Position numbers and translations under genes: made by a program
Notes under the pieces: model-generated
The model's database searches: none
What the model saw: the letters and a program-made list of their open reading frames with translations, nothing else
Told to the model about the DNA's origin: nothing
In this document: in pieces, positions 58,026-64,000 of the stretch
Layout of the letters: the number at the start of each line of letters is the position of its first letter
Numbering within the stretch: the first letter of the stretch is position 1
IMG/VR virus record: IMGVR_UViG_2700989400_000004
Span: 6,939 to 70,938 of that record
Length of the DNA stretch: 64,000 nucleotides
From: a virus
Taxonomy: Duplodnaviria > Heunggongvirae > Uroviricota > Caudoviricetes
Direction: 5' to 3' (one strand)

Positions 58026-59081
58026 ATGATTGCTACTTATCATATGAAACTCAATTGTAAGGACACGCAATTACTGTCTGTTAATAATCTGGTTTCTGAA
58101 CTTAAGATTGATAGACTTAAATCATTTGTTAAATATTCTGATCTTTACGGATTTGAGGAATACAAGGATTTTATTATTGATGGTGATGATGTGTATATCA
58201 CACCTATAACGTTTATTAGATTCGTTACACCTGGTAAATATAGACATTATGAATATAATGAAAATTGGGTTAAGCCAGTTATTGAATCTTGTGGATTAGT
58301 TGACTTGCAAGATGTCTTTAATAAATATTCAAATAATACCAAAAAAGATAGTCCTTACGCTTATAATTATATTTTATGGTGTAACAACTATGTTGAAACG
58401 AGTGATACTCCTGGTCGATGTTCTGTGTATGTGTCAAAAGAAGATGCTGAAAAGTATAAAAAATGGTTGTTCGTTACTCGCGGAGTATCAATAGAAAAAC
58501 TATGGGTAAGGTTGTTCCATTCAAGCGATATTGCAGATCCAGATACGTTTTTAGCTGAACACCTCAATAATGATGAGTTTACCATTGATTTAAATATTGA
58601 ATATTTTATAGTTAAAACAAATTATGGATATGAAAGGTATATTAGCGATAAGATAGCAGAAAAGTATCATATATGGGGTGAAAGTAAAGGGCTTAGTAAT
58701 AATTTTGAGTGCGGGAATTATAACGACATAGAAAACTTTATTAAATTAAAAAGCGACAAGGATGTAATTGAGGAAATAAAAAAGGAATGCGACGCGAAAT
58801 TATCAGAAATGAGCGGTCATTGTAAAAATATGATTAGAAAGCGTTATGAACACGCTGGTTTAACTATGTATGAAAAACTAAAGGGTGTTAAATTAATAAG
58901 GCAATATCCTGTTAATGTTGCTGGCAATAAGTATTTTATCGATGGCTACGATCCTGTGAATAATGTTGCTGTAGAAATTGATGAATCACATCACAAACGG
59001 CAAGTAAAAAGCGATGCGATAAGACAAAAATGCATTGAAGATTATTTGGGGTGCAAGTTTTTTCGTTGTGCTATATCCTGA
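58026..59081 (+). CDS. AT-rich gene: protein with C-terminal restriction-endonuclease-like domain (candidate defence/abortive-infection protein)
   Basis: 351 aa from MIATYH…; perfect AGGAGG SD; visibly AT-rich versus flanks; C-terminus …YFIDGYDPVNNVAVEIDESHHKRQVKSDAIRQKCIEDYLGCKFFR… resembles DUF559/Vsr-type endonuclease fold. Confidence 0.6.
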   Translation: MIATYHMKLNCKDTQLLSVNNLVSELKIDRLKSFVKYSDLYGFEEYKDFIIDGDDVYITPITFIRFVTPGKYRHYEYNENWVKPVIESCGLVDLQDVFNKYSNNTKKDSPYAYNYILWCNNYVETSDTPGRCSVYVSKEDAEKYKKWLFVTRGVSIEKLWVRLFHSSDIADPDTFLAEHLNNDEFTIDLNIEYFIVKTNYGYERYISDKIAEKYHIWGESKGLSNNFECGNYNDIENFIKLKSDKDVIEEIKKECDAKLSEMSGHCKNMIRKRYEHAGLTMYEKLKGVKLIRQYPVNVAGNKYFIDGYDPVNNVAVEIDESHHKRQVKSDAIRQKCIEDYLGCKFFRCAIS

Positions 59082-59115
59082 TGTATACAAAATGTAAACC
59101 GGAGGAAATAACGTT

Positions 59116-60234
59116 ATGTCACAAAGAAAGATCAGCGATGAACAACTGATCGCTGAGTACGAGAAGGGGAAAACTTACAAGCAAATAGCCGAAGAATATG
59201 GAATGGCAAAACGCAACGTCGAACGGCTGGGCGCACGGCTGGCGAAGCGCGGTTTAATATCCACACGCCGCGCGCCTGGTTTTGGTGTCAATGGTGAATC
59301 ATTGCTCGTTGATAAGGATGGCAATGTGATTATGCGCTGGATTAAAACAGCACGTGATCGCGATGAAATGGAAAGGCTAATGCAAGCGGCTTGCGATGCA
59401 TTCACTGAAGAGATACCCCGCGCGGAGGCCGTGCCAGTGCCTGAGATTGATTTCCAAAAAAGCCTGGCCCTTTATCCGGTGTTCGATCTTCATATCGGTG
59501 CACTTGCGCACAAGGCGGAATGCGGCGAGAGCTACGACACCGGGATCGCTGAACGCGTACTAAATGATTTCTTCGACTACGCGGTAGGCACTGCGCCAAT
59601 GTCTGAAAAGGCTGTTTTGCTGTTGGGTGGGGATCTACTTCATTCTGATGGGATGATCCCGGTTACACCAACAAGCGGTCATATTCTTGATCAGGATAGT
59701 CGCTACGCAAAACTTGTTTACGTGGCGATCCGGTCGGTCCGGCGGGCGGTCGGGAAGATGTTACTAAATCATAAGGACGTCGAGATCCAGGTGCTTAGCG
59801 GAAATCATGATCAATCGGGGATGATTTGGCTACGTGCGGCGCTGGCGGCTTTTTACGAAGATGAACCACGCGTGACGGTTGATGTGTCCCCTGCTATCGT
59901 CCACCACACGCAGTACGGCAAAACATTCCTTGCCTATCATCACGGGCACACTATCAAAAAACCCGAAAATTTGTTGGCGGCCTGCATCTCTGACTGGCGG
60001 GAGGATTTCGGCAAGTCGGCGGCGGTTTACGCCCACTGCGGGCACTGGCACCACCAACGGCTAATTGAATCATCGTTAGGCGTTGTTGAGTATCACGGCA
60101 CGTTAGCGGGTAAAGACGCTTATTCAACGAATGGCGGCTGGCGGTCGCGGCGGCTGGCGGCGGTAATAATTTACAGCCCGGATTATGGGGAAATCGGGCG
60201 CTTTGTTTATTACCCTGAATATCCCATTTTGTAA
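59116..60234 (+). CDS. HTH domain fused to calcineurin-like metallophosphoesterase
   Basis: N-terminal HTH (…KTYKQIAEEYGMAKRNVERL…); phosphoesterase motifs DLHIG, GGDLLH, GNHD, GHWHH; CCGGAGG SD. Confidence 0.6.
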   Translation: MSQRKISDEQLIAEYEKGKTYKQIAEEYGMAKRNVERLGARLAKRGLISTRRAPGFGVNGESLLVDKDGNVIMRWIKTARDRDEMERLMQAACDAFTEEIPRAEAVPVPEIDFQKSLALYPVFDLHIGALAHKAECGESYDTGIAERVLNDFFDYAVGTAPMSEKAVLLLGGDLLHSDGMIPVTPTSGHILDQDSRYAKLVYVAIRSVRRAVGKMLLNHKDVEIQVLSGNHDQSGMIWLRAALAAFYEDEPRVTVDVSPAIVHHTQYGKTFLAYHHGHTIKKPENLLAACISDWREDFGKSAAVYAHCGHWHHQRLIESSLGVVEYHGTLAGKDAYSTNGGWRSRRLAAVIIYSPDYGEIGRFVYYPEYPIL

Positions 60235-60252
60235 ACCGGAGGCAATACCATA

Positions 60253-61674
60253 ATGGTGACTGAGCAAATAAACTCATTACGCCAGGAACGGGAAGCGGCT
60301 GTGATAGGCGGCCTCCTGTTGGGCGGGCTTACCCCTAACGCGCAAGATGTTCTTGCCACGCTCGATCCTGAAGTCTTCACCATTCCACTATATAAACGAG
60401 CGTTTGAGATCATCCGGGCGCAAGCCAGAAACAGAAACCTTATTGACGCGCTGATAGTCGGTGATGAAATCGGTAGCGAAAATTTCATCCCGTTAATGCA
60501 AACGGCGCGGTCGTGTCCATCTGCTGCCAACCTGAAGGGGTACGCCACGCTATTGCAGGAGGAATACCAGCGGCGGCAAATGTTGGAACTGATGGAGGAT
60601 ATCCGCTACAAACTGGAAACCGGGACGCTAGAAGTTGTCAGAGAGACGATGAAATATTTTGATTCCCGGTATTCAAAATTAAAAACAACGAAAGACAAGA
60701 TTATTCCGGTGCTGTTGCGCGACGCGGTACAGGAATATACGGAAGTCTTAAGTAAACGTATGGAATGTGGTGTCAATTCTGACAACATCAAAACAGGGAT
60801 CGAACCACTCGACGAAATGTTAGGCGGTATTAACGCTACTGATCTGGTGCTTATCGCCGGACGCCCTGGGTCTGGTAAATCGGCGTTGGCGTTGGCAATT
60901 GCCCGCGCGGCGGCTGAACGTCCATACCCTGGCGGAGAAGGCCAACGGGTCGGCGTTTTGCTGTTCACGCTTGAAATGTCGCTCGATCAGATGACTGAAC
61001 GCGCGATCGCTGGCGCTGGGAACTTATCAACGGATTGCCTACGTAATCCGGTAAAACTGGACGACGAAGGATGGGCGCACGTTGCGCAGGGAATGAGCGC
61101 ACTTGCCGATCTCGACGTGTGGATTGTTGACGCATCGCAGTTAACGGTCGAGGAAATACGCGCCACCGTCGAACGGATGAAACAGGACCATCCTAACCTG
61201 GGAATGGTAATGATTGACTACATCGGGTTAATGAAGCTGGCTAAGGCCGAACGTCATGATCTCGCGGTAGGGCAATTGTCGTGGTCATTGAAAATGATGG
61301 CGAAAGAGTTGCGCGTGCCAGTGGCGGCGCTGGCGCAATTATCCCGCCGCGTTGAAGAACGACCGAACAAGCGCCCGAACAATTCCGATCTGCGTGATTC
61401 CGGTAATCTGGAACAAGACGCGGACCGGATCATCATGGTCTACCGAGACGGCTACTACAACGAACAATCAGTTGCCCGCGAATACATGGAGATCATCGTT
61501 TCAAAAAACCGTCACGGGAAAACGGGGACTGTTTACCAGCGGTTTGACGATAACGGCAATATCATTCCATGCGACCAGGCCCGCGCCGCGTCCGCTTGCA
61601 TCCAGTCAATGCAACAACGTCCGGCGACAAGCCGATTCTCCCCACGAAATAACCAGAATAACGCATCTTTTTAA
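60253..61674 (+). CDS. DnaB-family replicative helicase
   Basis: Walker A …LIAGRPGSGKSALALAIA…, …DSGNLEQDAD…, …KNRHGKTG…; CCGGAGG SD. Confidence 0.85.
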   Translation: MVTEQINSLRQEREAAVIGGLLLGGLTPNAQDVLATLDPEVFTIPLYKRAFEIIRAQARNRNLIDALIVGDEIGSENFIPLMQTARSCPSAANLKGYATLLQEEYQRRQMLELMEDIRYKLETGTLEVVRETMKYFDSRYSKLKTTKDKIIPVLLRDAVQEYTEVLSKRMECGVNSDNIKTGIEPLDEMLGGINATDLVLIAGRPGSGKSALALAIARAAAERPYPGGEGQRVGVLLFTLEMSLDQMTERAIAGAGNLSTDCLRNPVKLDDEGWAHVAQGMSALADLDVWIVDASQLTVEEIRATVERMKQDHPNLGMVMIDYIGLMKLAKAERHDLAVGQLSWSLKMMAKELRVPVAALAQLSRRVEERPNKRPNNSDLRDSGNLEQDADRIIMVYRDGYYNEQSVAREYMEIIVSKNRHGKTGTVYQRFDDNGNIIPCDQARAASACIQSMQQRPATSRFSPRNNQNNASF

Positions 61675-61753
61675 TTAACTTGAGTAAACGGCTTACCGGA
61701 AAGTTGACCGCTTTCTGGTGGCTGTTTTCGCGCTTAAAACGAGGCGAAAAACA

Positions 61754-62311
61754 ATGAGCATTGAACTTGAAACAAAAGTTATCAATATCCTTGAACTGGA
61801 CGGCATCGCAACAATGCACCAGCTACGCCAGAAAACCGGATTATCAGCGGAATATGACGAGGCCGGATGCTTACCGGAAACAGTTAAACACCTGATCGAT
61901 ATTAACCTGGTCGAACGGGTGTACACATATTTCGGCCCGCGCCGCCGCTTGCTGGGCTATCGAATTAAATATTTATACGAACAACGACGCGAGCGTGTAG
62001 CCGCGTTATTTACTGACTACAACGTTAGAAAGCGAATGAGAGATATTAGCGCGGAAACTGGCATCCCGTGGAATTACCTTTCGCGCACGCTGCGTTTAAT
62101 GGTGCTGGATGAAACACTTTGTATTGATGTCAATAAGCACGGTCTTAACTTTTATTCACTGTTTAAACCTGGGCGCTTCGGTCACGCTAATGATCTCGCG
62201 TTTGATTTTGACAGTCGCCTGAACGAATACCGGAAAAATAACGGCCTGCTACCGGATAAACCAGTATTTGAGATCGAAAAACTTAACGGGGAAACGGGGT
62301 TGGAATTATGA
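61754..62311 (+). CDS. hypothetical protein (185 aa)
   Basis: ATG at 61754 with GAGG SD; protein-like. Confidence 0.45.
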   Translation: MSIELETKVINILELDGIATMHQLRQKTGLSAEYDEAGCLPETVKHLIDINLVERVYTYFGPRRRLLGYRIKYLYEQRRERVAALFTDYNVRKRMRDISAETGIPWNYLSRTLRLMVLDETLCIDVNKHGLNFYSLFKPGRFGHANDLAFDFDSRLNEYRKNNGLLPDKPVFEIEKLNGETGLEL

Positions 62312-62529
62312 GGCGAGTAATCTTTTATTCAGTTGAAACATTCATTGATGAATCACATTTTCGTTTTCCGTGCGATTCTCGCGGCGCGATGGTTTATACA
62401 CCTCCACTAATGCGGAAATATAAATACGTAAAATTTAAACGGGTTTTTGTTCCAATTCGTGAAGCGTTGCAGGCGCTGCGCGGGGAATTAAGAAACACAA
62501 TGCGGATTGTGTAAAAAAAGGGGGGGATT

Positions 62530-62757
62530 ATGAACAAGGATTTAGATTTGACCGTGGAGGATTTAAGCACTATTGCGGAATACAAGCGCGGCGATGATCC
62601 TGATAAACCTGTTACGGTTGACCTGAAATATTTAAAAGGCGCTTTTATGACTTCTTCAAGATTAATAAGCCTTGATGCGATTATAAAGGCACGCTGGGAA
62701 AGCTGGCAGGAATACAAAGCGAAAAATAAGGCGAAAAGAAATAATGCGGCAAATTAG
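62530..62757 (+). CDS. hypothetical protein (75 aa)
   Basis: Strong GGGGGG/AGGGGG SD; overlaps ninB start. Confidence 0.45.
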   Translation: MNKDLDLTVEDLSTIAEYKRGDDPDKPVTVDLKYLKGAFMTSSRLISLDAIIKARWESWQEYKAKNKAKRNNAAN

Positions 62758-63175
62758 ATTTGAGATAGTCAACGACGCCGTGAAAGAAAATGCTATCAGG
62801 CAGATAAGAGAGATCCAGCCTGATAGCAAAAGCCCGCTGATAATTACCATCCAGGAGAAAACCCGCTCGCTGAGTCAAAATAGCCTTTTGTGGGCGCTGT
62901 TAACCGACATTAGCGATCAGGTTAATTGGTACGGCAAGAAGCTGTCGCCGGAAGACTGGAAAGCGGTATTTACTGCCGGGCTTAAGAAATATGGCGTCGT
63001 CCCTAACCTGGATAAATCCGGCTTCGTTGTATTGGGAACGTCTACAAGCCGGATGAGTAAATCGGAATTCAGTGAACTAATCGAATTAATTTACTCGTTC
63101 GGTGCTGAACATAATGTCCAATGGTCTGGTGATACGAAATTAAATGAGGAATTCATAAAACGCTGGGGGCAATAA
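62744..63175 (+). CDS. ninB: NinB (Orf) recombination protein
   Basis: …LIITIQEKTRSLSQNSLLWALLTDISDQVNWYGKKLSPEDWKAVFTAGLKK… closely parallels lambda NinB. Confidence 0.8.
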   Translation: MRQIRFEIVNDAVKENAIRQIREIQPDSKSPLIITIQEKTRSLSQNSLLWALLTDISDQVNWYGKKLSPEDWKAVFTAGLKKYGVVPNLDKSGFVVLGTSTSRMSKSEFSELIELIYSFGAEHNVQWSGDTKLNEEFIKRWGQ

Positions 63176-63352
63176 TGGCGCGTTATTACATGGCTAAACC
63201 TACAGGAATTTTGTATAAGGTTGATGGCGAATATGTTTATTACTTCCACAACCAGGCGCGGGAGTGGCGATTGTGTCACGCGCACTTCAAGCACGAAATA
63301 GAAAATCACCCTGAATACTTTATCAAAGTTGACAATGTAACGGTGGCGTAAT

Positions 63353-64000
63353 ATGGCAAATAAAACACCTCGTGCAATAGGCACAATGCTTCACAGGTTC
63401 CGCGTTGATATTCCGCCTTTCGAAGTGACAACGTTTTCGAGCTATTACGATTTTGGTACGGAGTATTACGCAGGATCTAAGGTTGGCGGCGAATCTTATA
63501 CGTTGATGGCTAATACGTGGCGCTTTGTGCGTTACCCTGAAAAGGATGATGACGGCATGAATAAAGAAAGTGAAATCATTGATGAATTAATCAAAGATGA
63601 GCGGCATGATTGCGATGCGCCGGAAGTTACTGAATGGAAGCCAGGAGAAAAGCCTCCGTGCGGCGTGTGGCTTGATTGTTATTATCCTGATGGCTATCAC
63701 ATTGGGATTTTAATGTTTAAATTTATAGGTGATAAATACGGGGTATACACAGAAAAAGGCAGTATACAGAAAGAAAATGCTATTGAATGGGGCTTTTATA
63801 ATTATTATTTATACGTTGATCCGAAAGAAAAAGCGCTGGCGCAAATTGCGTTTGCGCTGGCTACGAAGGTTATTGGTGAGGATGCGGCGAAAGAGATTGA
63901 CTTTAACCGTGATAATGATTATTCGCGTGATTATCGCAATATGGCGCAAGCTATTATTGATGGATGTATCGGGCACGTTGAATACACCGGGGGCAAATAA
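63353..64000 (+). CDS. hypothetical protein (215 aa), ends at window edge
   Basis: Complete ORF with stop at 63998-64000; no recognisable family. Confidence 0.45.
   Translation: MANKTPRAIGTMLHRFRVDIPPFEVTTFSSYYDFGTEYYAGSKVGGESYTLMANTWRFVRYPEKDDDGMNKESEIIDELIKDERHDCDAPEVTEWKPGEKPPCGVWLDCYYPDGYHIGILMFKFIGDKYGVYTEKGSIQKENAIEWGFYNYYLYVDPKEKALAQIAFALATKVIGEDAAKEIDFNRDNDYSRDYRNMAQAIIDGCIGHVEYTGGK

Larger units (their letters stand above)
11397..64000. mobile_element. lambdoid siphovirus-type prophage (runs to right edge, far end not in window)
   Basis: Continuous phage gene content from tail fibre through head, terminase, lysis, nin-type, recombination, immunity and replication genes; left junction inferred at abgT 3' end. 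Confidence 0.8.

Overview
Enterobacterial (Escherichia-like) chromosomal window with three parts. (i) 1-~5.9 kb: the right end of a P4-like/satellite-type integrative island (partial replication-type gene, small coupled genes, Ant-like protein, AlpA regulator, tyrosine integrase) abutting the sRNA gene mcaS. (ii) ~6.0-11.4 kb: the host abgR / abgA-abgB-abgT p-aminobenzoyl-glutamate locus. (iii) ~11.4-64.0 kb and beyond: a large lambdoid siphovirus-type prophage, mostly on the minus strand: tail fibre, J/I/K/L/M, tape measure, tail/head genes, portal, terminase, SAR-endolysin/pinholin/Rz-Rz1 lysis cassette, a long block of small accessory genes, Q-like zinc-finger protein, RusA, NinG, methyltransferases, ERF, SSB, a cI-like repressor, then a plus-strand replication operon (replisome organizer with in-gene iterons, DnaB-like helicase, NinB). 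Most notable: ten tandem single-helix micro-ORFs next to an HExxH protein between lysis and terminase genes; an AT-rich endonuclease-domain gene plus HTH-phosphoesterase inserted in the replication module; three opposite-strand moron islands inside the tail operon; recurrent short conserved motifs upstream of many phage genes. All calls are from reading the sequence and ORF translations; no database search was run. About 25 further small ORFs of unknown function (mainly 28-30 kb, 40.5-45.5 kb, 49-53 kb) are omitted from the feature list for brevity.
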